Assembly: GCA_963711895.1 (NCBI GenBank) | Contig: CAVQFU010000007.1 | Coordinates: 270,506 to 334,505, forward strand | Direction of reading: 5' to 3' | Origin: an uncultured Acidobacteriota bacterium | Lineage (GTDB): Bacteria > Actinomycetota > Acidimicrobiia > Spongiisociales > ZC4RG35 | Length of the DNA stretch: 64,000 nt | Translations under genes and position numbers: made by a program | The notes under the pieces: generated by a model | The model's input: the letters and a program-made list of their open reading frames with translations, nothing else | Databases searched by the model: none | What the model was told of the DNA's origin: nothing | Part shown: piece after piece, positions 20,366 through 29,060 of the stretch | Layout of the letters: each line of letters starts with the position of its first letter | How positions within the stretch are numbered: position 1 is the stretch's first letter

Positions 20366-22381
20366 ATGACCCGGGTGCCGGTCACTCCCAAGCCCTCGAT
20401 TCGCCGGGTAGGTGTGGCCAGTCTCGCGTTGGCCATCCTCCTCCCTCACCTGGGGGCGATGGCCACGGAAGAGCCGGCGCCGTCGGGCGAGCTCGGGCAG
20501 GCCAGCGACGAGACCGCGCCACACGATCCCTCGCACATCCTGGTGAAGATGGCCGCTCCGGCCGCCACCGCACGGACGCTGGCGATGAGCGAGGAAGTCG
20601 GAGAAGGCTGGTTCGAGGTGCCTGTACCCGCTGGTTGGGAGCCGATCGATTGGGCCGAGGAGATGGCGGGCCGTCCCGGAATCGAGGTGGCCGAGCTCGA
20701 TCTCATCCTCACCAAGCAGGCCACCCCGCCGTTCGTATCGCCGGATCCGCTTTATGCCAACAGTGCCGACCCGTCGTGGCAGTGGCATCTGCATGCCGCC
20801 AACGCTGGTGGTGCCTGGCTGAGCACGGTCGGCACCGGCGTGAGGTTGGCCGTCCTCGACACCGGAGTCAATGACGGCACCGACGGGTTCTGCCAGCCGT
20901 TCGTTGCCGAGTACAACGCGGTGTCGGGTACACCCGGCACGGGTGCGGCCCTCGACACCGATGGTCACGGCAGTCACGTCGCCGGGTCGGCCGCCCAGTG
21001 CTCCGACAACAATGTCGGAGGCGCGGGTATGGCCCCCGAAGCCAGTGTCATGCCGGTCAAGGTGTTTTCATCCTCAGGCGGTGCCAACACGTCAGATGTG
21101 GCCCGTGGGATCGACTGGGCGGTGGCCAACGGGGCCCGGGTGATCAACATGTCACTTGGATGCAGCGGATGTGGAGGGAGCACGACCCTCAACGCTGCCA
21201 TCGAACGCGCCGATGCCGCCGGCGTGGTGATTGTCGTATCCTCTGGGAACTCGCCGGTCGATGTCTTCTACCCGGCCAACCACCCGGCTGTCTTGGGAGT
21301 TGGCGCCACAACAAGAGCCGGGAACGTCGCCAACTATTCCGCCCGTGGGCTCGGTCTCGACCTGGTGGCGCCGGGCGGCGAGTTGAGCAACAGCCCAACC
21401 ACGTTCATCTGGCAGGACACGCTGGGTGGATATGCCGGGTTCGCCGGCACCTCGATGGCCGCCGGTCACGTTTCCGGCGCCGCCGCCCTGCTCATCTCAC
21501 GTTTCCCCAGCGCTCCTGCCCTCCGGGTCAAGAGCGCCCTCACCTGCTCGGCGGTCAATCTGGGCAGCCCCGGCTGGGATGAGCTGTCCGGGTTCGGCAG
21601 CCTGGACGCAGGTGGGGCCGTGGAGCAGCTGAGGTTGATGATGGATGCCGGAACCGCCAGCTGTGTCGGGCAAGCGCCGAGCACCGCAACCTACGCCTCG
21701 GTTCAGGGCAATGCCGGGTTCTGGCGGCTGCACCAGGGGCCGGCCCAGATGGCCGGGTTCTTCTACGGAAATCCGGGTGATTTCGGCTTCATGGGGGATT
21801 GGGACTGTGACGGGATCGACACCCCGGGCCTGTACCGCCAGTCAGACGGGTACGCGTACCTACGCAACTCCAACACGCAAGGAGTCGCCGATGTCAGCTT
21901 CTTCTTCGGCAATCCGGGGGACATACCGATCGCAGGAGACTTCAACGGGGACGGATGCGACACCTTGTCGATCTACCGGCCGTCCGAGGGCAGGTATTAC
22001 ATCATCGACCACCTCGGGTCGGGTGATGCCGGGTTGGGGGCTGCTGAGCGTTCCTACTACTTCGGCGACCCGGGTGATTCCCCCTTCATGGGGGACTGGG
22101 ACGGTGACGGGATCGACACACCGGGTCTACGGCGTAACTCCAACGGGTTCGTGTACCTGCGCTCCTCCAATACACAAGGGATCGCGGACATCGAGTACTT
22201 CTATGGCGACCCGGGTGACGTCGTCTTCACGGGGGATTGGGATTCCGACGGCGACGACACCCTGGGCCTCTACCGGCCGTCGACCGGGACTGTCTATCTC
22301 CGCAACACCAACAGCACCGGGATCGCAGACAACACGTTCGGCGTCGGGCAGGGGATGCAGTTGGACGGCGGCGACTTCTAG
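20366..22381 (+). CDS. Secreted S8 subtilisin-like serine protease fused to the C-terminal four-repeat module
   Basis: A signal peptide is present. Catalytic triad motifs are AVLDTGV, DGHGSHVAGS and GTSMAAGHVSGAAALL. The module spans 21692-22381. Confidence 0.85.
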   Translation: MTRVPVTPKPSIRRVGVASLALAILLPHLGAMATEEPAPSGELGQASDETAPHDPSHILVKMAAPAATARTLAMSEEVGEGWFEVPVPAGWEPIDWAEEMAGRPGIEVAELDLILTKQATPPFVSPDPLYANSADPSWQWHLHAANAGGAWLSTVGTGVRLAVLDTGVNDGTDGFCQPFVAEYNAVSGTPGTGAALDTDGHGSHVAGSAAQCSDNNVGGAGMAPEASVMPVKVFSSSGGANTSDVARGIDWAVANGARVINMSLGCSGCGGSTTLNAAIERADAAGVVIVVSSGNSPVDVFYPANHPAVLGVGATTRAGNVANYSARGLGLDLVAPGGELSNSPTTFIWQDTLGGYAGFAGTSMAAGHVSGAAALLISRFPSAPALRVKSALTCSAVNLGSPGWDELSGFGSLDAGGAVEQLRLMMDAGTASCVGQAPSTATYASVQGNAGFWRLHQGPAQMAGFFYGNPGDFGFMGDWDCDGIDTPGLYRQSDGYAYLRNSNTQGVADVSFFFGNPGDIPIAGDFNGDGCDTLSIYRPSEGRYYIIDHLGSGDAGLGAAERSYYFGDPGDSPFMGDWDGDGIDTPGLRRNSNGFVYLRSSNTQGIADIEYFYGDPGDVVFTGDWDSDGDDTLGLYRPSTGTVYLRNTNSTGIADNTFGVGQGMQLDGGDF

Positions 22382-24219
22382 ATGAGGACTCTGCGCGTCG
22401 CGCTTGTCCTCGGGCTTGTCGTGCTGATCGGCCTACCTGCGGTGGCCACCGACACAGTCGGGGTCCAAGATCCGACCACTGGTCAGTGGACCCTGCGCGA
22501 CGAGAACAGCAATACCAAGACCATCGTCTACGGAAATCCTGGTGACGTGGCGTTCGCCGGTGACTGGGACTGTGACGGGGTGGACACCCCGGGGCTCTAC
22601 CGGCAATCCGACGGCTTCGTCTATCTGCGCAATGCCAACAGCACGGGTATCGCCGACCTCAGCTTCTTCTTCGGCAACCCGGGCGACCTGCCCCTGGCGG
22701 GAGACTTCGACGGCGATGGGTGTGACACCCTCTCCATCTATCGGGCTTCTGAGGCACGGTTCTACGTCATCAACGAGCTCGGTGCTGGTGGCGCCGGTCT
22801 TGGCGCCGCCGACTTCTCCTTCGAGTACGGCAACCCGGGCGACGTCCCGGTGATCGGAGACTGGGACGGGAATGGCGCCGACACCCCGGGTCTGCGTCGC
22901 CCCAGCGACGGGTTCGTCTACGTCCGCAATTCCAACAGCACCGGCATAGCCGATATCTCCTACTTCTACGGCGATCCCGGAGACCTCCCGGTGGCGGGAG
23001 ACTGGGACGGCGACGGGGACGACACCTTCGGCCTGTTCCGACCCGCGACCGGATCCTTCTTCCTGAAGAACACCAATGCCACCGGAATCGCCGACTCGAG
23101 CTTCTTCCTCGGGTCAGCCTCTTCCACCCCGATCACGGGCTCATTCGATCTCAACCTGCCGCCACCTCCCGGTGGAATCGCCCTCCAGCAAATCGCCTCC
23201 GGGCTGAGCCGTCCACTCCTGGTTGCCGCTCCCGCCGGCGACCCACGTCTGTTCGTGGTCGAGCAAGGTGGGGACATCGAGATCATCAGCGGGGGCACGG
23301 TCCTTTCGACTCCCTTCCTCGATCTCGGAGTGACCTGCTGCGGAGAGCAGGGATTGCTCGGCCTCGCCTTCCATCCCCAGTACGCCGCCAACGGCAAGTT
23401 CTATGTCAACTACACCATCGGCTCGGTGTCGAGGGTCTCCGAGTTCACGGTTTCATCGAACCCCAACCAGGCCAATCTGGCGTCGGAGCGGGTCCTGCTC
23501 ACAGTTGGGCAGCCCTTCACCAACCACAACGGCGGGATGCTGGTCTTCGACGAGAACGGGCTACCTCCTGATCGGGTTCGGCGACGGCGGCAGCGGCGGC
23601 GATCCGGGTAACCGGGCTGAGAACCCGAACGACCTCCTTGGCAAGCTTCTCCGCATCGACGTGAACGGGACATCGGCGAGAGGGCCCTACGGGATCCCAC
23701 CGGGAAATCCGTTCTCCGCAGGGGGCGGAGCGCCCGAGGTCTACATGCTTGGCCTGCGAAATCCGTGGCGGTTCGACGTCGACTCGCGGGCTTCTCTACA
23801 TCGGCGACGTCGGGCAGGGGACCGTGAGGAGGTGACCATCCTCTCGGCCAACGCGGCAGGGGCCAATCTCGGCTGGAACACCTGGGAAGGCACGCTCTGC
23901 TTCCAGGGCCCGTGCGGGATCGTCCGGATTCACCTTCCCCCAGGTCGAGTACACCCACGCCAATGGCTGTTCGGTGACCGGGGGCTTCGTCTATCGGGGC
24001 ACGGCTATCCCCGGGCTGGCGGGCACGTATTTCTACGGCGACCTCTGTGCGGGGAGGATCCACAGCCTCGTCTTCGAGGGAGGCATCGTCACCAAGCACC
24101 AGGACCGTGCCGGGGAGCTGGGGGTGGTCTCCCAACTCTCCTCCTTCGGCTACGACTCCGCCGGCGAGGTCTACGTGACCTCGTTGACCGGCCAGGTGTT
24201 CAAGATCGTCGCCAGATAG
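22382..24219 (+). pseudogene. Secreted protein with the N-terminal four-repeat module followed by a PQQ-type soluble sugar (glucose/sorbosone) dehydrogenase beta-propeller, with about 4 frameshifts as sequenced
   Basis: A signal peptide is present and the module spans 22445-23150. GSDH-like motifs are GLLGLAFHPQY, FTNHNGGMLVFDENG, YLLIGFGDGGSGGDP, LLGKLLRIDVNG, GLRNPWRFD, LYIGDVGQGTV, EEVTIL..GANLGWN and CSVTGGFVYRG. These segments are spread over three frames. Shifts lie near 23559, 23790, 23826 and 23920, and the stop is at 24217-24219. Confidence 0.7.
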
Positions 24220-24240
24220 AGAGGGCGGTACCCTGCCCTC

Positions 24241-24930
24241 ATGACCGACACCACCCTTGTGGTCACCCCGGCGCACAACGAGGAGGAGTCGGTGGGGCTG
24301 GTGGTGGAAGGGGTGCGTGCGCTGGGACTGCCCGCGCTCGTGATCGACGACGGGTCCACAGACCACACCGGCTTGGTCGCATCCGCCGCCGGTGCGATCG
24401 TCCTCCGACTACCCGTGAACGCAGGTGTTGGCGCCGCGCTTCGCACCGGGTTCCGATATGCGGTGCGACACGGCTTCAAACGGGTGGTCCAGGTGGACGC
24501 CGACCTCCAGCACCCACCGGAGGCGATCCCGCTGCTCCTCGAGGCGGCGGATGACGGCGCCGATCTGGTCATCGGCTCCCGCTTCGGATCCGGCTACGAC
24601 CCAGGACTGCGGCGGGTCGGGATGCGGCTCCTCTCCGGGCTGGTGAGCCGGCGTCTCGGGGTGCGGATCACGGACCCCACGTCCGGGTTCAAGGTCGTCA
24701 CCGAGCCTCTCCTCTCCGAGTTCGCCCGCTCCTATCCCGCCGAGTATCTGGGTGACACCGTCGAAGCATTGCTCCAAGCGGGGGCGTTCGGCGCGACGGT
24801 GGCGGAGGTTCCAGTCGCTATGGATCGCCGGGTGGCCGGCGCGCCAACCACGACCGGGCACGCGGCGAGTCAATTCGGCCGAGTCCTGCTCGCCATCATC
24901 GCCGGGAAGCCGGGCCGGCCCCGCCCATGA
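24241..24930 (+). CDS. Family 2 glycosyltransferase (polyprenol-phosphate sugar synthase type)
   Basis: LVVTPAHNEEESVG, VIDDGSTDHT, VQVDADLQHPPE and GSRF are present. Confidence 0.85.
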   Translation: MTDTTLVVTPAHNEEESVGLVVEGVRALGLPALVIDDGSTDHTGLVASAAGAIVLRLPVNAGVGAALRTGFRYAVRHGFKRVVQVDADLQHPPEAIPLLLEAADDGADLVIGSRFGSGYDPGLRRVGMRLLSGLVSRRLGVRITDPTSGFKVVTEPLLSEFARSYPAEYLGDTVEALLQAGAFGATVAEVPVAMDRRVAGAPTTTGHAASQFGRVLLAIIAGKPGRPRP

Positions 24931-25283
24931 GCGGGCTGGCGCAGGTCCTGACCATCGTGATCGCGGTCGGCGCGGTCGGCGTAGTGGTGGCTCTGGTGAG
25001 GTCGAGGAGACTCAAGGAGCGCTACGCGGTGATCTGGTTGGCGGTGGCATTCGGGATGGTCCTACTGGTCCTCGCCCGCCCTCTGCTCGACAGTCTGAGC
25101 CGGGAAATGGGGATCCAATCGGGGACTACCACCCTCTTCCTCATCGCCACGCTGGTCATCCTCGGCATCCTGCTCCAGCTATCGATGTCACTTTCGACCC
25201 TGGAAGACAAGGTGCGAGACATCGCAGAGGCAGTGGCGCTGGCCGACTCAACCGAACCGGTCGAGGAAACGAACGACGGGTAG
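24927..25283 (+). CDS. Small membrane protein, DUF2304-like, a frequent partner of actinobacterial GT2 genes
   Basis: A 118-aa ORF overlapping the GT2 stop, with 3 hydrophobic helices and the motif RRLKERYAVIWL. Confidence 0.6.
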   Translation: MSGLAQVLTIVIAVGAVGVVVALVRSRRLKERYAVIWLAVAFGMVLLVLARPLLDSLSREMGIQSGTTTLFLIATLVILGILLQLSMSLSTLEDKVRDIAEAVALADSTEPVEETNDG

Positions 25284-26289
25284 CGCGATCCTCAGCCAAC
25301 CCCCCAACACGGCGTCAACGACTTTGGTCCCGATCGGAGGCCGAATCTGCGGTATCGCGGCCAGTCCCGCCTCCATGTCGGCGAGGATTTCGGCGTCACC
25401 CGCCCTCCGAGTGGCAGCGACGAGCCGGCGACCCTCGCGCACCACGTCACCCGACCGCATAGCGTCGCGGCAGGCCCGGAGCTTCTCGGAGAGCCAACCG
25501 TCTCGAGCCGATGTGAGCAGGATCCCCAACTCGACCAGCAGCAACCCCGGGGCGAGCGCGGCGATGGTCCGTCTCCGATAGTTGGATCTGAGCATCAACC
25601 AGCGGTTGCGCTCCAGGTGGTACATCTTGGTAGGGGACCGTCCGAAGTCGTAGCGGTGGGACACCCTGGAGGCGGGGACTCGCACAATCCGCCTCCCGGC
25701 GAGGCGGAGTCTCCAGCCGAGGTCGGTGTCCTCGTGGTACATGAAGAAGGGCGGGCGGAACCCGCCGAACTCATCCCAGGTGGCCCGGAGCAGAGCGGTC
25801 GCCGCTCCGGAAGGGAACGGGACTTCGAGCGGTCCGGGCTCCTCGGGGATGGGCCGGCCCAGGTCGCTCACCCAGGCGATGCCGACGTAAGTGAGGTGCC
25901 CCCCCGAGGTGTTGAAGGTGCCAGGGTGGTCGGCATCTTCGATGGTCGCCATGGCCGCCCCGACCGCAGGGTCGTCGAGCACGTCGACTAGGGGAGCCAG
26001 CCAACCAGGCGACGGCACGGTGTCGTGGCCGAGGAAGACCAGGGCCTCCCCACTGGCCGCCCCCGCACCGATGTGACAGCCTGCTGCGAACCCCACATTC
26101 TCGGGCTCGGCGACGACGATCACGTCATAGCCGGCGATGCACCTCCAACGTGGTGTCCGTCGAGGCGCTGTCAACGACGATCACCTCGGCCGGGCGGACA
26201 GGGTCGGAGAACAGCGCATCGAGCACCGGCGGCACCAGCTCCACCGAGTTGTGGGTGACGATGACCACGCTGGCGCCGGTCGGCTTCAC
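25248..26289 (-). pseudogene. Family 2 glycosyltransferase (rhamnosyltransferase-like) with one frameshift near 26139
   Basis: The N-terminus VKPTGASVVIVTHNSVELVPPVLDAL...VIVVDSASTD (GTG at 26289) is in one frame. The rest, NVGFAAGCHIG...FMYHEDTDLGWRLRLAG, is in track ORF 25248..26174. Confidence 0.7.
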
Positions 26290-26310
26290 CACTGTCGAGG
26301 GAAACGATGC

Positions 26311-28239
26311 TCAGGGAGTGCCGGCGACGGGTCGGTGGACGGTTCCGCCCATCTGGTAGGCGATGTCGGCGATCCCGGTGGTGTTGGTGTTGCGGAGGTA
26401 GACGGTCCCATTCGACCGTCGGTAGAGGCCGAGGGTGTCGTCACCGTCGTTGTCCCAGTCTCCGGTGAAGACGATGTCGCCTGCATCCCCGTAGAAGTAT
26501 TCGATCTCGCCTGGTCCTTGACTGTTGGAGTGGCGGAGATAGACGAACCCGTTGGAGTTGCGCCGTAGACCCGGTGTGTCGATCCCGTCACCGTTCCAGT
26601 CTCCCATGAACGGGGCGTCCCCCGGGTTCCCGAAGTAATAGGCGTGTTCGGCTGCTCCCAAACCGGCGTCGCCCGACCCCAGTCGGTTGATCACATAGAA
26701 CCTGCCTTCGGAGGGCCGGTAGATCGAAACCGTGTCGCATCCGTCGCCGTCGAAGTCCCCGGCCATCGGCACGTCGCCGGGATTGCCGAAGAAGAAGCTG
26801 ACATCTGCGATCCCCTGTGTGTTGGAGTTGCGCAGGTAGGCATAACCGTCCGATTGACGGTACAGACCCGGGGTGTCGACCCCGTCGCAGTTCCAGTCGC
26901 CCATGAACCCGAAGTCACCTGGATTCCCGAAATAGAACTGGCCGAGGTTCCCGGCCGAGTCGTGGAACCGCCAGAGCCCGGTGCTGGCGTCGTGGAGCAT
27001 TGTTCGGTCGGCGCCCGGGATGAACGGCACGATGCCGGTGATGCTGCTGACATTGTGGGAGCGCAGGCCCAGCGCCGTCTTGAACTGCGATCCTGTGTAG
27101 GTCTTGGTCACTGGAGCTCCGCCGGCGGATCCTTGGACCACGATCTGCTTCGGGCTGCCCGAGGCGTAGCGCTCGGTGATGACGGCAGAGACCACGGCAT
27201 TGAAGCCGAGCATCGATGCGAACGACGGCTGGGCGATAGCGGCGGTCCACGAGGTGGCGCCGGGGTCGTGGGTCGACCGGAGATAGGGATACGGGGAGCC
27301 ACCCCATTGGTCCTCGTTGTTCTCGGTGTTGCCCCCCGACGACGAGAAGTAGTAGGCCTCGATGGCGCGGCCCCCGCTGTGTGGGTGGACCAGAGCCTGC
27401 CCCGCCGTTGCGTCGACGGCCTGCACCCAGCTCGGCCCGGCCGATTCGTTGGCCCATCCGTTGTAGGCCTGGTCCATGGTCGAGGCGAACAGATGACATC
27501 CACATGAGTTCATTCGTGCCGCGTTTCCCGCGAGGTCTCGGAAGACCCAAGCTCGATACAGGGCGTAGGTGCGCCCGGCGACGGCCTGGGCTTTGAGGGA
27601 CTCCATGGGCCATGAGGGTGGGACCTCGGCGAGACCGTAGAGATACTGTTCGAGAGGGACCTCGACCAGGAGGTGGAATGCGCCGGCGTTGTTCGGCACC
27701 TGGACGAACTGGATCGAGCCGCGGGCGTAGGTCCGATTGAGTGTGGGGATCGAGACCCGCACATCGGGTTGCGGGCCCCAGGTGATCGAGCCATTACAGG
27801 GGCTGATCGGGTTCCCCTGCGGCCCTTCCCCGAAGAAGAACTGACATGTCCCTGGTTGGATCATCCGCAAGGACCAGCCCTGGCCGGGCTGGGCGGGCCA
27901 GCCCACAGAGGACGGCTGTACGGGGCCGTTGACCGCCGAGAAGTCGAATCGAGTCATGCCCTGCCCGACTCCGATCCGCAAAGGGTCGGCGTGCCCCACG
28001 AGACCGCCGGTCCCAACGTTGCTCAGTGTGGCGCCGGCGTAGAAGTGGGAGAGGATCGTCGGGTACGAGTGACCCTGATCGGCCAGTGCCTTGGCGCCCC
28101 ACTGCGACATCCCGATCCCATGACCCCATCCACCGCCAGTGACGGTCACGTCGCCAAACGCAGGGAGGGCGCTCGCGAGCAAGACCACAAGACTCAGGGC
28201 GAAAGTGGTGATGCGCTTCTCGTGTGTGGGTCGCAGCAT
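26311..28239 (-). CDS. Secreted SpoIID/LytB-domain protein fused to the C-terminal four-repeat module
   Basis: GGGWGHGIGMSQWGAKALA and SLKAQAVAGRTYALY are SpoIID-family motifs. The signal peptide is MLRPTHEKRITTFALSLVVLLASALPAFG. The module spans 26311-27003. I chose the start at ATG 28239; upstream ATG or GTG codons up to 28326 are also possible. Confidence 0.8.
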   Translation of the reverse strand: MLRPTHEKRITTFALSLVVLLASALPAFGDVTVTGGGWGHGIGMSQWGAKALADQGHSYPTILSHFYAGATLSNVGTGGLVGHADPLRIGVGQGMTRFDFSAVNGPVQPSSVGWPAQPGQGWSLRMIQPGTCQFFFGEGPQGNPISPCNGSITWGPQPDVRVSIPTLNRTYARGSIQFVQVPNNAGAFHLLVEVPLEQYLYGLAEVPPSWPMESLKAQAVAGRTYALYRAWVFRDLAGNAARMNSCGCHLFASTMDQAYNGWANESAGPSWVQAVDATAGQALVHPHSGGRAIEAYYFSSSGGNTENNEDQWGGSPYPYLRSTHDPGATSWTAAIAQPSFASMLGFNAVVSAVITERYASGSPKQIVVQGSAGGAPVTKTYTGSQFKTALGLRSHNVSSITGIVPFIPGADRTMLHDASTGLWRFHDSAGNLGQFYFGNPGDFGFMGDWNCDGVDTPGLYRQSDGYAYLRNSNTQGIADVSFFFGNPGDVPMAGDFDGDGCDTVSIYRPSEGRFYVINRLGSGDAGLGAAEHAYYFGNPGDAPFMGDWNGDGIDTPGLRRNSNGFVYLRHSNSQGPGEIEYFYGDAGDIVFTGDWDNDGDDTLGLYRRSNGTVYLRNTNTTGIADIAYQMGGTVHRPVAGTP

Positions 28240-28364
28240 GGGCAGTCCGCTTACCTCCCGTTGCCTTATTTCATTCGGCATGGCTGCGGGCCCCCTGAAG
28301 GGCATCGTCATTCTTACCCGGAACACCTATTTAGAGGTAATGGGAGTGGCTACCGTCCCCGGCC

Positions 28365-29051
28365 GTGCCCGATGACCTGACCACGTTGGTTCGGCCTGAG
28401 TTCGTGTTGGTGGCATGGGCGGCCGGCCTGGCCCTGGTATCGGGATCGGTCGCCCTCGCCCGGGTGGTCGGGCCCGGGTTCACCTGGCTGGTGGCGTCGA
28501 TCGCAGCCCTGATTGGGGTGGTCGGTGCCTTTGCAGAGGATCCGTGGTGGGGGCGCTTCGGTCTGATTCTGTTGGCTCTCGCGCTCGTCTTGGCGCGCAA
28601 TCGCCAGCTCTCGGGAATCCTGCAGCTGTTCGCAGGATTGGCCTTGCTCATCCAGGCCTCCTCCGGAGGGTGGGCCCCGGCGATCTCGGCGGCGCTGGCC
28701 CTCGGTGGAGTGACCGGGGAGATGGCCCTCGGGCATTGGTACCTGGTCGATCCAAGGCTGCCGCGATGGATGCTGAGGACGCTTGCCGTCGTCGGCATTG
28801 CCGGTCTCGCTGCTGACTCGGCGGTGCTGGCCGTTGCCGGACTGCCTTCCGGAGGCGGCACCATCGCATTCTGGGTATTGATGGCGACCTCCGCCGTGCT
28901 CATGGGCGCCGTCATCGGGTCGCTTCGTTACCCCGCCTATGCGGGGGTCATGGCTGCCACTGGTTTGTCATATCTGGCGGTACTAACCACGCTTGGCGGG
29001 ATGTTCCTCGGCCGTGCGCTCGTCGCCGGTCTGGGCCCGTTTGCCAGCTGA
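28365..29051 (+). CDS. Integral membrane protein of unknown function (~6 TM)
   Basis: A 228-aa ORF that is hydrophobic throughout, with codon usage like its neighbours. I recognised no family. Confidence 0.5.
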   Translation: MPDDLTTLVRPEFVLVAWAAGLALVSGSVALARVVGPGFTWLVASIAALIGVVGAFAEDPWWGRFGLILLALALVLARNRQLSGILQLFAGLALLIQASSGGWAPAISAALALGGVTGEMALGHWYLVDPRLPRWMLRTLAVVGIAGLAADSAVLAVAGLPSGGGTIAFWVLMATSAVLMGAVIGSLRYPAYAGVMAATGLSYLAVLTTLGGMFLGRALVAGLGPFAS

Positions 29052-29060
29052 ACAGGAGAC

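Noticed and set aside
23403-24554. A 383-aa plus-strand ORF and a 318-aa minus-strand ORF (23410..24366) as independent genes.
   Set aside because: Only short stretches of the plus ORF are meaningful. Those stretches belong to the frameshifted PQQ-type dehydrogenase. The remainder, and the minus ORF, are Arg-rich nonsense overlapping the GT2 gene at 24241.
18315-27003. Whether the recurring ~140-bp periodic DNA in five places could be a CRISPR array or other non-coding repeat.
   Set aside because: The repeats are in-frame protein repeats (about 46 codons) inside long ORFs. Their divergence is at third codon positions, and there is no repeat-spacer structure.
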